From Candidatus Omnitrophota bacterium (lineage in GTDB: Bacteria > Omnitrophota > Gorgyraeia > Gygaellales > Profunditerraquicolaceae), in NCBI GenBank assembly GCA_030650425.1, contig JAUSED010000012.1, positions 905 through 64,904 on the forward strand: a stretch of DNA of 64,000 nt, written 5' to 3'. Under the pieces are notes generated by a model. The model was not told the DNA's origin. It worked only from the letters and a program-made list of their open reading frames with translations, and did not search any database. The position numbers and the translations under genes are program-made. This document shows positions 11,001 through 18,934 of this stretch, piece by piece (the stretch's first letter is position 1; every line of letters starts with the position of its first letter).

Positions 11001-11326
11001 TAGATGATACTACGGAAAAATGGATTATGCTTTCAGCTCCTTTTATCGAAATAGAACATCGCTCATCTTTTTTTATTGAATATTTAACTAAATTTGATGA
11101 TGATGAAAGTGTTCAGCGGATAGGCAAGATATTCATAAAAGTTTTGGAAACCGCCACGCCTAGCTTCAGGCAAGAAGAAATTCAGTTAATCGTTGGAAGA
11201 CTCTATAAGCTTGGAGAAAAGAACCCGGGAGTTAAATCAGATGCAGATAATATATGTAATACTTATGGGAGGCGAGGCGCACATTTCTTAAAGGAATTGT
11301 TTTACAAGTATAGTAAGGAACAATAA
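8096..11326 (+). CDS. Large (1076 aa) predicted all-alpha/helical-repeat protein, translationally coupled to the SIR2 gene; function unknown
   Basis: Long uninterrupted ORF with no Walker, nuclease or TM motif recognisable by eye. Helix-rich composition, possibly HEAT/ARM-like. ATGA overlap with the upstream SIR2 gene. Confidence 0.7.
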   Translation: MSQLNTEEQQVLYLIKTDADQARYFFARVKSLKWFYPLKDQGYFSPESIPYDSEGHALFWNILNYFERVSEQVAQNPQYGKELIEIIESIVQFSLNKKRVDNYHIGWYCVKILNNLPAAVIKDNLTVNKFQTWLLVWTDHGLGSDLTISDIGEKLLPKFLHDDFGPNYLYAETIINVITAIKASGKPDTFTKRDDAIMAWQTYWILDAFRKHGQLIGQKSSLSIVFEIAEKLSNALEYKQKDHYTDLEIGDAIYRIRVARIFADGLKPREIKFKNDEYECVIRQFSKEQLAGVDRQNDFWALHNLEPQIECGNFTFTALTKDSFVAEIRKNLPTGISWQGADKFEQKILNIHEGLYSDYSHIWCRTLKSGPEHGDGAEDVLTVILRDILLAKCEINREAGKQILSSFLNDTKYQFPIFRRFVLLCIDRFWTDYFELLDKLIEVIPTILEESDLEVEMQDVIHNHNSAFSPVLKDRLKVLIDNVPEYYMSKGDEKLVAYWKYKWLSPLRENPDFSFLYEEAKQKAEPKDGKPYEPERSAFKGGFVSHKSPISKEDILKKPVAEIVKYLADFKGADFWHGAFEGDPDREGLGSVLQAVVKDDPKKFTDEFDAFINVDYFYLQGMFRGIKDAWNAGTDIDWKNILDFSIKYLNRGKDAIIAEALKAQGEDSGQGRYIWIVEAIVELVGDGSKDDTKAFSQEYFDKVEQIFDLILPLLKGEKQPDTQRDALTYALNTTLGRTIMAYMSFSLRVARATQKKKENWGRDKFERFLPIGIDGYIWLGCYLPQMKYLDNGYTIEKINSFAQKDSSDFEWQMFMEGYLTGARVCKDLYTLMRANYIKALQSTVFKGRADERLVEHICIGYLQLGEALMQNNEEGKPSLFWKMLNEADTEDKRSRWEDVTGFFWSISGRTLKKEEKDKQEEPSEDFKKKILAFWEWTVNEQEFVKGKLGDAYSSFLCRMVELTIWLDGIDDTTEKWIMLSAPFIEIEHRSSFFIEYLTKFDDDESVQRIGKIFIKVLETATPSFRQEEIQLIVGRLYKLGEKNPGVKSDADNICNTYGRRGAHFLKELFYKYSKEQ

Positions 11327-11342
11327 TAAAATAGGGAGTTCT

Positions 11343-11588
11343 ATGGGCGGCAGAAGCACATCAGACAATTTTAAGAGGCGATTCGGGGATCCCGAGCGAA
11401 TCGAAATAAAGTTTGAAGCTAGAAAATTATCGTCTTCGGAGGAAGCGCGTCGAAATGAAGCGATGGCAACGGCGCATGTTGATGTCTTGAGAAATCTTCT
11501 GGGGCGCGAACCAACTCACGATGAGATTATTTGCAAAGTAGATATCTCGAAGAAATTGAGAAAGAAATATCATGAAGAAAGTCATTAG
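11343..11588 (+). CDS. Small hypothetical protein (81 aa)
   Basis: SD 'AGGGAG' 5-10 nt upstream of the ATG. Starts 16 nt after the 1076-aa gene and overlaps the next gene by 17 nt. Confidence 0.5.
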   Translation: MGGRSTSDNFKRRFGDPERIEIKFEARKLSSSEEARRNEAMATAHVDVLRNLLGREPTHDEIICKVDISKKLRKKYHEESH

Positions 11589-12417
11589 CCGGTATTTATC
11601 TCCGGAAACATACGAAGCCGTAAAGAGGGATTTTGGGTTCTTGGTCAATAAGATCGAGCAATCCGGGTATGAATATGATTTGCAGATACGCGATAACTAC
11701 ATGAACCTTTATTATAAAGGCAACAGCCTCGGGAAAATATCCTACCGTAAGTCAGAGGATCTATACGAGATCAGGATCCATCGTAAGTTTGCGGAGGGCA
11801 TCGGGTCGGAGATTAATAGGTTTAAGAATTCGCAGGAGAAGGAGTATTTATTATTTACGCTTGCAAGCAAAGAACTTCACCCTTTTTTTAGTACACGAAA
11901 TTTATTATTGATGGGGCAGAGGGTTAAAAAGGTGGGGTTTCAGGAAGAGATCGTTTTTGAGCAGATGCTTATGGCCGATAATGCCAAGAGAGATGATTTA
12001 ATAATAATAGATCGGCAGGTTGTAGATCGGAATAGTTCCACCAAGATGGATCTTCTCGCGCTCAAAAAGAAGGATGAGGGTAAGTATCAATTCTGTATTT
12101 TGGAGGTTAAGCTGGGCAACAATCCTGAGTTAAAAGGAGAGGTTTTTACACAATTGAGTGGCTATATTGCTCGTATCGAGAATAATTTTCAGGCATACAA
12201 GGAATGTTATGAAAAGAATGTTATGCAGAAGCAGAGTATTGGTTTGTTGCCAGCGGAGATTAGCATCACTATTGTCGAAGATGTCCTTGGGTTTGTAGTA
12301 GTCGGAGGATATTCAGGGCTGGGAGAGCAAAGCATAAAAGAACTTAAGGGCAAGCATCTTGACGACATAAAAGTATTACATATGAAAAATGTGATTGACC
12401 TTAGCAGGGCTAAATAA
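11572..12417 (+). CDS. Hypothetical protein with a PD-(D/E)xK-like nuclease motif
   Basis: 281 aa. '...IIIDRQVVDR...MDLLALKKK...FCILEVKLG' fits a D ... E-x-K restriction-endonuclease-fold core. Overlaps the downstream gene (taATG). Confidence 0.5.
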   Translation: MKKVISRYLSPETYEAVKRDFGFLVNKIEQSGYEYDLQIRDNYMNLYYKGNSLGKISYRKSEDLYEIRIHRKFAEGIGSEINRFKNSQEKEYLLFTLASKELHPFFSTRNLLLMGQRVKKVGFQEEIVFEQMLMADNAKRDDLIIIDRQVVDRNSSTKMDLLALKKKDEGKYQFCILEVKLGNNPELKGEVFTQLSGYIARIENNFQAYKECYEKNVMQKQSIGLLPAEISITIVEDVLGFVVVGGYSGLGEQSIKELKGKHLDDIKVLHMKNVIDLSRAK

Positions 12418-13718
12418 TGAACATAGTAATTCACCGTGGCACAAAAGAAATCGGTGGCACATGCGTCGAGTTGACGACCAATAAGTTTCGGATAATCGTC
12501 GACCTTGGCATTCCTCTGGTATCAGATAGAAAAGACCAGCCCTTCGACAGCAAGGTACTGGAGGGGAAGTCAGTCAAACAGCTATTAGGCTTAGGCGTGC
12601 TACCTGCCGTCACTGGACTGTATGTCGGGGATGAGCCGCGTGTTGACGCTGTCTTAATTTCTCATTCGCATCTCGATCATTATGGTTTGCTTCGGTATGT
12701 CCATCCGGATATTCCAATATATCTTAGCGAGGGGGCAAGGGAACTGATCAAAGTTTCCGATATCTTTACCCCTTACCGGACAGGCGACTTGACCGTTCGC
12801 ATTGTGGGTAATGGCAAAAAGTTCAAGGTGGGCGGCTTTGAGATTACCGCGTTTCTTGTCGACCATTCGGCTTTTGACGCCTTGGCGTTTATGATCGAGG
12901 CCGACAAGGCAAGGGTGTTTTATTCCGGTGATTTCAGAGGCCATGGGCGAAAAAGCGCGCTTTTTACAAGAATTATTGAATCTCCACCGAAGGACATAGA
13001 TTGCCTATTGATGGAAGGCTCAATGCTTGGCAGAGACGAGCAGATTTATAAGGACGAGATAGCGGTTGAGAAAGGCATTAAGGATGTTTTGGAGAATAAG
13101 AGCAATATCGCCTTTCTTTTTGCTTCCTCGCAGAATATTGATCGATTGGTTTCCGCATATAAAGCATGCCGCAAGACAGGCACGACCTTTGTGATTGATT
13201 TGTATACGGCATTCATTTTACACAGACTTGAGGCTAATACTAAAAGTCTTCCTCAGTTTGACTGGCCGAATGTCCGCGTAAAGTTTTTTAAGTTTCATGC
13301 GGATAAGATTGCAGAGGCTGGGCAGGAGAAGCTTTTGTACTTATTTAACAAGCAAAAAATCGAGATGGAAGAAATTGATCGAACTAAAGAAAAGGTTCTT
13401 ATGATTTTAAGAGACAATTCTTTGTTTCCCAGAGTCATCGGCCATATTCATCCGATTAAGGGCGCCCAGATTATATATTCTATGTGGGATGGATATCTTA
13501 CCGATAAATTTCAGGGATATTGTCGGGAGAAGGGTATTGCGATTAAACAGATCCATACCAGCGGGCATGCGATTCCGAAGGATCTCAAAGCATTCGCGAA
13601 AGCCTTAAATCCCAAAGTCCTCGTGCCGATACACACATTTCATTCTGAACGGTATGGAGAAATGTTTGATAATGTGAAAGTTTTAGAGGATGGGGAGCTG
13701 TGGGAGGTGCCGGTATGA
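12417..13718 (+). CDS. Metallo-beta-lactamase-fold hydrolase (probable nuclease)
   Basis: 433 aa with the 'ISHSHLDHYG' HxHxDH motif and an N-terminal beta-lactamase-fold pattern 'GGTCVEL...IIVDLG'. 1-nt overlap with the upstream gene. Confidence 0.8.
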   Translation: MNIVIHRGTKEIGGTCVELTTNKFRIIVDLGIPLVSDRKDQPFDSKVLEGKSVKQLLGLGVLPAVTGLYVGDEPRVDAVLISHSHLDHYGLLRYVHPDIPIYLSEGARELIKVSDIFTPYRTGDLTVRIVGNGKKFKVGGFEITAFLVDHSAFDALAFMIEADKARVFYSGDFRGHGRKSALFTRIIESPPKDIDCLLMEGSMLGRDEQIYKDEIAVEKGIKDVLENKSNIAFLFASSQNIDRLVSAYKACRKTGTTFVIDLYTAFILHRLEANTKSLPQFDWPNVRVKFFKFHADKIAEAGQEKLLYLFNKQKIEMEEIDRTKEKVLMILRDNSLFPRVIGHIHPIKGAQIIYSMWDGYLTDKFQGYCREKGIAIKQIHTSGHAIPKDLKAFAKALNPKVLVPIHTFHSERYGEMFDNVKVLEDGELWEVPV

Positions 13719-14248
13719 GGCGGCGTGATATTTTCTCTAAAGATGACGGTAAGAATGATATTAAAAAGCGATTGAATGCTTGGATCGAAAAACAGAAATT
13801 GACTGATGAAGAAAAAAATAAGATGTTGGAGGCTGTTCTTAACCAGCGGAAGAATATTTATCTTGTCAGGGAGACCGCGAATAAAGCAGGGCTTGGGTTG
13901 ATAAGATTTATTAATAACAAGGCATTGGAGCTGTATTTTGATATTTTAAACAAGGATAAGAGCGTTGGGTATATTTCGAAGGGTTGGGATGATCCCGGGT
14001 TTAGAGTGGGAGAGTATTTCGAAATGGACAAAAAAGACCCCGCCTTTAAAGAAAAGTTTTATAAGGTACATCAGCTTTGTTCGGGAAATTTGATTAGTGT
14101 AGGTGTGTCCGAAAAATTGCCGGGTAAAGTTGGAGTAAGTTTAGAGATTGGTATTTACGCGGATGGGTTTACCGAGAAGGTCTTGAAGAGTGCTGTTGAT
14201 ACAATGGAATCAACGATGTGTAAGATTAAGTCCACGATCGATATGTGA
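13715..14248 (+). CDS. Hypothetical protein (~177 aa), last gene of the coupled operon
   Basis: Its ATG at 13715 overlaps the MBL gene's TGA (ATGA). The ORF track begins at an upstream GTG (13700). Confidence 0.5.
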   Translation: MRRRDIFSKDDGKNDIKKRLNAWIEKQKLTDEEKNKMLEAVLNQRKNIYLVRETANKAGLGLIRFINNKALELYFDILNKDKSVGYISKGWDDPGFRVGEYFEMDKKDPAFKEKFYKVHQLCSGNLISVGVSEKLPGKVGVSLEIGIYADGFTEKVLKSAVDTMESTMCKIKSTIDM

Positions 14249-14647
14249 TCGTTGTTCTTCGGTGTTCTCAAGATGGGCAATCTTAAGCAGGGTTTTGCCG
14301 GAGAATCGTTTGATGAGGTTTTGGTCTTCAGTGGTTTTCAGGCTGGATATAAGGTCAGCTGGGATCTTATCGAGAATGGTCATAAGCTGGGATACTCGGG
14401 CCCGGGTGACGCCGAAATGGTTACCAGCGGCAGTTTGTGTTCTTTGAGGGTTTTCTACTAGATATTCCCGAACTTGGATGGCCATGGCTACGATATTCTT
14501 GTAGACTGGTTTGGGTTTTTGGGGTAAACTAGGCAATGGATCGTACAAACTGATGGATGTGCCCTTTCCGCGTCTGCGGTACATCTTCACAAGTATATGT
14601 ATTTCCTTGCACTTAGAGAGGCGTCGCTTGTAGTGTTCTGAGTCCAT
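14210..14647 (-). CDS. Orphan ParB/KorB-like HTH protein (no N-terminal ParB/Srx domain); possible mobile-element remnant at the island boundary
   Basis: 'NHFGVTRARVSQLMTILDKIP' and 'GKTLLKIAHLENTEEQ' resemble the ParB/Spo0J HTH and the following helix. Convergent with the upstream operon, overlapping it by 39 nt. Confidence 0.45.
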   Translation of the reverse strand: MDSEHYKRRLSKCKEIHILVKMYRRRGKGTSISLYDPLPSLPQKPKPVYKNIVAMAIQVREYLVENPQRTQTAAGNHFGVTRARVSQLMTILDKIPADLISSLKTTEDQNLIKRFSGKTLLKIAHLENTEEQRSHIDRGLNLTHR

Positions 14648-14763
14648 AGTGGGGAGCCAATCTTTAGAGGGGTTTATTTTTGGACGAGTTCGTAAGGAGA
14701 GTAAGCTAGAGAAGAAGCCGATAAGAAGTTAAATATTTTAACATAACCAGAAAGGAGGAGGGC

Positions 14764-15474
14764 ATGGGCAAGAGGTTGATTTTTAGTATCTTGTTTGTGT
14801 TGGGTATCGTCGCAGCTGCGCAGGCAGATGAAACAAAGTTTTTACAATTGGCGGTTTTTAATCCTGTTCAGACTGTCCCTGCGGACCAGTCAATCGCAGG
14901 CGCGCGTTTCGGGTTATTCTATACTCTCAACAAGGATGTTTCGGGTTTCAGTTTAACATTGCTAGGTTTAGATAAGACAACCGGTGATTTCAAAGGTGCT
15001 GAATTGTCTTTAGTCAACTGGGTCGAGGGGTCTTTTTATGGCTTGCGGGCAGGTATTGTTAATCGTACCGCTAATCGTTTTGTAGGCCTCGACTATGGTT
15101 TAGTCAATGTGACCGAAGGCGATTTTACAGGTTGGCAGGACGGCATTGTAAACTGGACTGAAGGGTTCTTGCACGGTTGGCAAGACGGGTTCGTGAATTA
15201 TGCCAAAGGCCGGTTCGTGGGATTACAGAGCGGGTTGGTGAACGTCTCTAAGGGAGAATTCTCTGGGGCGGCAATCGGCGCGGTCAATTACACCGATAAC
15301 CAATTCAAAGGTTTTCAGGGAGGTATATTTAATTACGCCGCTGAAATGAAAGGCTTTCAACTTGGCCTGGTTAATGTTACCAAGAAACTTAATGGCTTAC
15401 AGATAGGGTTGGGTAACTATAACGGCAATAAGCAGCCTTTTGAATTCTTACCTATCGTCAACTGGTCATTCTAA
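14764..15474 (+). CDS. Secreted repeat protein with ~10-aa 'G-[LIF]-V-N-[VWY]-x-x-G-x-F' repeats; likely a beta-rich surface protein
   Basis: Signal peptide 'MGKRLIFSILFVLGIVAAAQA', SD 'AGGAGG' upstream, and at least 10 tandem degenerate repeats (GLVNVTEGDF, GIVNWTEGFL, GFVNYAKGRF ...). Confidence 0.7.
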   Translation: MGKRLIFSILFVLGIVAAAQADETKFLQLAVFNPVQTVPADQSIAGARFGLFYTLNKDVSGFSLTLLGLDKTTGDFKGAELSLVNWVEGSFYGLRAGIVNRTANRFVGLDYGLVNVTEGDFTGWQDGIVNWTEGFLHGWQDGFVNYAKGRFVGLQSGLVNVSKGEFSGAAIGAVNYTDNQFKGFQGGIFNYAAEMKGFQLGLVNVTKKLNGLQIGLGNYNGNKQPFEFLPIVNWSF

Positions 15475-15489
15475 GCAAGTTTAATTATA

Positions 15490-15541
15490 AAAAATCTAAA
15501 CCCTCTGTGATAGAGCATATTGCAGAGGGTTTAGATTTTTT
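15490..15541 (+). terminator. Rho-independent terminator (A-tract / perfect 15-bp stem / T-tract; potentially bidirectional)
   Basis: aaaaAATCTAAACCCTCTG-tgatagagcatattg-CAGAGGGTTTAGATTttttt, located 16 nt after the stop of the repeat-protein gene. Confidence 0.65.
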
Positions 15542-15552
15542 ACCCTGTTATT

Positions 15553-16107
15553 ATGGAAGGAAATTCTAGCGTGTTAAAACAGGTTGGTTTATTGTTAATT
15601 CTAAACTTGTGTTTTCAGGGTCTTATCTTTGCCGAAGAGAAGGCTAAGATGGAAGATGGGATAATAGGTTCAACCTTTAAAGTCTTAGCTAAGACTTTCG
15701 TATCAGTAGCGGATATTAATAAAATAAAGAAAAATAATATTGATAGATTAAACAAGATGAAAGAAGAGAAGTTTAAGAAACGATATGCTGAGGTTTACAA
15801 GGTTATCAAAGACTTACCTGTAGAATTAAAGATTAGATATGGAATTACTGAGACGATGACTAAGGAGCAAGCAATTAGAAACATAGAGTCTCCGGACAAA
15901 AAAATAATATATGAAATGATAAATTCTATTCCTGACGCAATTATTGCAAACCAATTTAAACAATATCTTAGCGGGAAGAAACAGGAAATACAAAAAAGTA
16001 ACGTCGTTGAACAGATCAATAAATTTTGGAAGAATCTAATAGCAAAGACGAATATGGCGTCTCCCGCGCCAAAAATCAATAGAGCCGGGTTCCGGGAGCA
16101 TAATTAA
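15553..16107 (+). CDS. Secreted hypothetical protein (184 aa)
   Basis: N-terminal hydrophobic signal-like segment 'LLLILNLCFQGLIFA'. Lys/Glu-rich. Confidence 0.5.
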   Translation: MEGNSSVLKQVGLLLILNLCFQGLIFAEEKAKMEDGIIGSTFKVLAKTFVSVADINKIKKNNIDRLNKMKEEKFKKRYAEVYKVIKDLPVELKIRYGITETMTKEQAIRNIESPDKKIIYEMINSIPDAIIANQFKQYLSGKKQEIQKSNVVEQINKFWKNLIAKTNMASPAPKINRAGFREHN

Positions 16108-16124
16108 AAAAGGAGGGAGTGGTT

Positions 16125-16304
16125 ATGACTACTATAGAAGCGCTAGAGATAGCCTTGTCAAAGGAAGAATCATCAATAGAGTTATATAAGAGTATGCTGA
16201 ATAAATATACAGAAATTAAAGAACTGGTTAATTTTCTTTTGAATGAGGAATACAGACATCATAAACTCATTGCAGACAAGATGGCCGAACTTAAAAAATA
16301 TTAA
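16125..16304 (+). CDS. Small hypothetical protein (59 aa)
   Basis: ATG at 16125 sits 7 nt after the SD 'GGAGGG'. The ORF-track start at 16119 is a GTG inside the SD region. Confidence 0.45.
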   Translation: MTTIEALEIALSKEESSIELYKSMLNKYTEIKELVNFLLNEEYRHHKLIADKMAELKKY

Positions 16305-16357
16305 GCTTTTTATCAGCATTCCGGGCCACAGCCTGTAATCTGAAACTTCACAACTGA

Positions 16358-16392
16358 CGCTTCGTTCGGTTTAATCTGAGCGAGGCGTTTTT
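16358..16392 (+). terminator. Putative intrinsic terminator
   Basis: Stem CGCTTCG / CGAGGCG (7 bp, one G.U) with a 16-nt loop, followed by TTTTT. Confidence 0.35.
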
Positions 16393-16451
16393 ATTGATTA
16401 TATTGACCCTGCATTTTGTTAGTAGTAAAATAGATATTGGAGGAAGGCAAG

Positions 16452-18557
16452 ATGAAAGGGTTATTCGAAGGCCAGTTTGATTATATCTATTTTTTCTACG
16501 GTTTATCTTTTTTTCTCTTAGGGGTAATCTGTTTCAGTATCGGCAAGGCCCGCCTGCACAGGATTCCTTGGGGGTTACTGGGTTTATTCGGCATAACGCA
16601 TGGATTGAACGAATGGCTGGAGATGCTGCAGATTATCTTTGGTAAAATTAAGCCGCTTGCCATATTCAATTTATTTGTCTTAACTATTTCATTTCTTTTT
16701 CTTCTTGAATTTGCCAGAGTCGGGCTCTATCGGATTAAAGGGAAAACCATAAAAAGATGGGTATACCTGCCTATTTTGCTATTGATCGCTTTAAGTTATA
16801 AATTCGGCATAGACAGCTGTTATTTGACAATTCGTTACCTTCTCGGGTTCTCCGGAGCATATTTTGCGGGCCGGATAATCTATGAATTCTACAGAAGAGA
16901 GCTCAAGGATAATCGTTCGCTGGCGCTTTTCAGCGTCCTGATGGCTTTATACGCAGTTTTGACCGGATTAGTTGTGCCTAAGGCGCCATTCCTTCCCGCC
17001 AGTATCATTAACGTCGAAGCTTTCTATCGCACGTTTAGTGTGCCTGTCCAGCTGGTACGCGGAATTATTGCTTTAGGGATGGCCATGATTATCGTCTGGT
17101 CGTATTCGACTACCTCCTTCGATATTAAATATACTCCCCGGGCATATTTTATCCGCCTTTGGCCGACTAAATGGCTGATCACACTGACCATCATAATTCT
17201 CATTACCTCAGGATGGCTATTTACGAATTACTTGGATTACTACGCGGGAATCGGAATAATCAAAAATACCAAGGTTAGAACAGATTCTTCATTAAACAGG
17301 TTAATCAGGGAACTCACCTTATTAAGCAATGTCACTGTTTCAATGAGTAAGGCATCGGTAATCAGGCAGGCGGTCTCGGATAAACAGCCGCAAGACCTGG
17401 AAAAAGTAAAAAACATTCTTAAGCAATATAGGGATAAATACCATGCATTAAGCTCGATACTTCTAGATAGAGAGGGTATGGTTATTGCCTCTGCTATAAG
17501 TGAAGGAATGGCGCAAGAAGTAAACAGGACGCATTCGGGTAAGCCTTATTTCAAAGATGCGCTGCGGGGAGATAATGGCTACTATTTTAAACTCGGCCCC
17601 AAATACAACGAGCGCGAGTACTATGTCAGCTATCCGGTAAAAAATAAGAATGGGAATATCTCCGGGGTTGTCCTTCTGGCAAAAAATATCCAAGCGGAGC
17701 CTATTTTGCATTACCGGCTTCTTAGTATCGCGATTACTTTCTTTGCCTGTTGCCTGGTGATCATCTTTTTTGTTACTTTAAGGCGCAGAGAGACACTTCT
17801 CGACCTAGTCGAGAAGGCGCATGCCAAACTGCTGACAGTTGACCAGATGAAATCGGATTTTATTTCTATTGTTTCGCATGAACTGCGTACCCCGCTCACC
17901 TCTATTAGAAATGCTGCCAGTATTATACTAAAAGGGAAAGTGGCCAAGCTTCCGGCAGGCAGTAATGAAGAAGAGTTGCTGAATATAATCCTTTCTAATG
18001 TTGACCGTCAGGCAAAAATGGTGAGTGACCTTTTAGATATTGCCAAGATTGAGGAAAATCTTATTCCCATTAATTTTGAAACCACGGATATAGTTGTGTT
18101 AGTGCAAAAGGCGGTTAAATCTTTGCAGCCGCAGGCAGAAAATAAAGAAATAAATATGCTTTTTTCTTCCGATTTAAAAGAGAAGATGGTTTCAATCGAT
18201 CCTGAGCATACCCGCAGGATTATCGATAATCTTATTGTTAACGCCATTAAATTTACCCCTGAAGGCGGCTTGATAATGGTTAAGGTCGAGCCCTCCGCTA
18301 AAGGGGTAAAGATTACTGTTTCGGATACCGGCATAGGTATTGCAGCAACGGATAGAGAAAAGTTATTTAGTAAATTTTATAGGTGTTCCAATGCTAAAGC
18401 CAAACAACAGCCGGGCTGGGGCTTGGGCCTAGCGATTACTAAAAGCTTAGTAGAGGCTCAAGGAGGCAAGATAGGGGTAGACTCGAAACTCGGTCAAGGC
18501 AGCTCTTTTTATTTTACTGTTCTTACAACAAGGAAAAATAACGATGACGAAAAATAA
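16452..18557 (+). CDS. Sensor histidine kinase (polytopic membrane N-terminus, Cache/PAS-like periplasmic domain, HisKA, HATPase_c)
   Basis: H-box 'SHELRTPLTSI', N/G-box region 'DTGIGIAATDREKLF...GWGLGLAI'. ATG at 16452 lies 8 nt after 'GGAGG'. The ORF-track start at 16437 is a TTG. Confidence 0.85.
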   Translation: MKGLFEGQFDYIYFFYGLSFFLLGVICFSIGKARLHRIPWGLLGLFGITHGLNEWLEMLQIIFGKIKPLAIFNLFVLTISFLFLLEFARVGLYRIKGKTIKRWVYLPILLLIALSYKFGIDSCYLTIRYLLGFSGAYFAGRIIYEFYRRELKDNRSLALFSVLMALYAVLTGLVVPKAPFLPASIINVEAFYRTFSVPVQLVRGIIALGMAMIIVWSYSTTSFDIKYTPRAYFIRLWPTKWLITLTIIILITSGWLFTNYLDYYAGIGIIKNTKVRTDSSLNRLIRELTLLSNVTVSMSKASVIRQAVSDKQPQDLEKVKNILKQYRDKYHALSSILLDREGMVIASAISEGMAQEVNRTHSGKPYFKDALRGDNGYYFKLGPKYNEREYYVSYPVKNKNGNISGVVLLAKNIQAEPILHYRLLSIAITFFACCLVIIFFVTLRRRETLLDLVEKAHAKLLTVDQMKSDFISIVSHELRTPLTSIRNAASIILKGKVAKLPAGSNEEELLNIILSNVDRQAKMVSDLLDIAKIEENLIPINFETTDIVVLVQKAVKSLQPQAENKEINMLFSSDLKEKMVSIDPEHTRRIIDNLIVNAIKFTPEGGLIMVKVEPSAKGVKITVSDTGIGIAATDREKLFSKFYRCSNAKAKQQPGWGLGLAITKSLVEAQGGKIGVDSKLGQGSSFYFTVLTTRKNNDDEK

Positions 18558-18924
18558 GAAAAAAATTTTAATTATTGAAGATGATAAAGATATCAATCGC
18601 ACGCTCTGCTTACGCCTGCAAATGGACGGCCTTGAGGTAATTGCTGCCCATGAAGGATATGAGGGTTTCTATAAAGCAATCACCCAGCAGCCGGATCTTA
18701 TTATACTGGATTTAAAATTACCCGGCCTGCAGGGCGAAGAAATTTGTAAAGCGATAAGAAAAGACGAAAAATACGTTTCTTTGCCTATTATTATGCTCAC
18801 CGCAAAAGATAGAGAGTGTGACAAGGTGATCGGTAAGGTAATCGGCGCAGATCAATATATGGCTAAGCCCTTTGATATGGATGAGCTCTTAGAAAAGATA
18901 CACTTATTATTAAAAGTAAAATAG
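18544..18924 (+). CDS. Single-domain response regulator (CheY-like receiver)
   Basis: 'ILIIEDDKD' and 'LIILDLKLPG' carry the phospho-acceptor Asp, with a 'MLTAKD...K' lysine region. Overlaps the HK gene. Confidence 0.85.
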   Translation: MTKNKKKILIIEDDKDINRTLCLRLQMDGLEVIAAHEGYEGFYKAITQQPDLIILDLKLPGLQGEEICKAIRKDEKYVSLPIIMLTAKDRECDKVIGKVIGADQYMAKPFDMDELLEKIHLLLKVK

Positions 18925-18934
18925 GAGGAAAAGA

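Noticed and set aside
14190-14461. Plus-strand ORFs 14190..14447 and 14252..14461
   Set aside because: They overlap the minus-strand ParB-like HTH gene and the 3' end of the 13715..14248 gene. Their products are Arg/Ser-rich nonsense with no SD.
16437-16451. TTG (16437), TTG (21167), 44295 and GTG (13700, 16119) starts in the ORF track
   Set aside because: In each case an ATG with a proper SD (AGGAGG/GGAGG at 5-9 nt) lies just downstream, or the upstream start overlaps the preceding gene. I moved the starts to 16452, 21191, 44340, 13715 and 16125.
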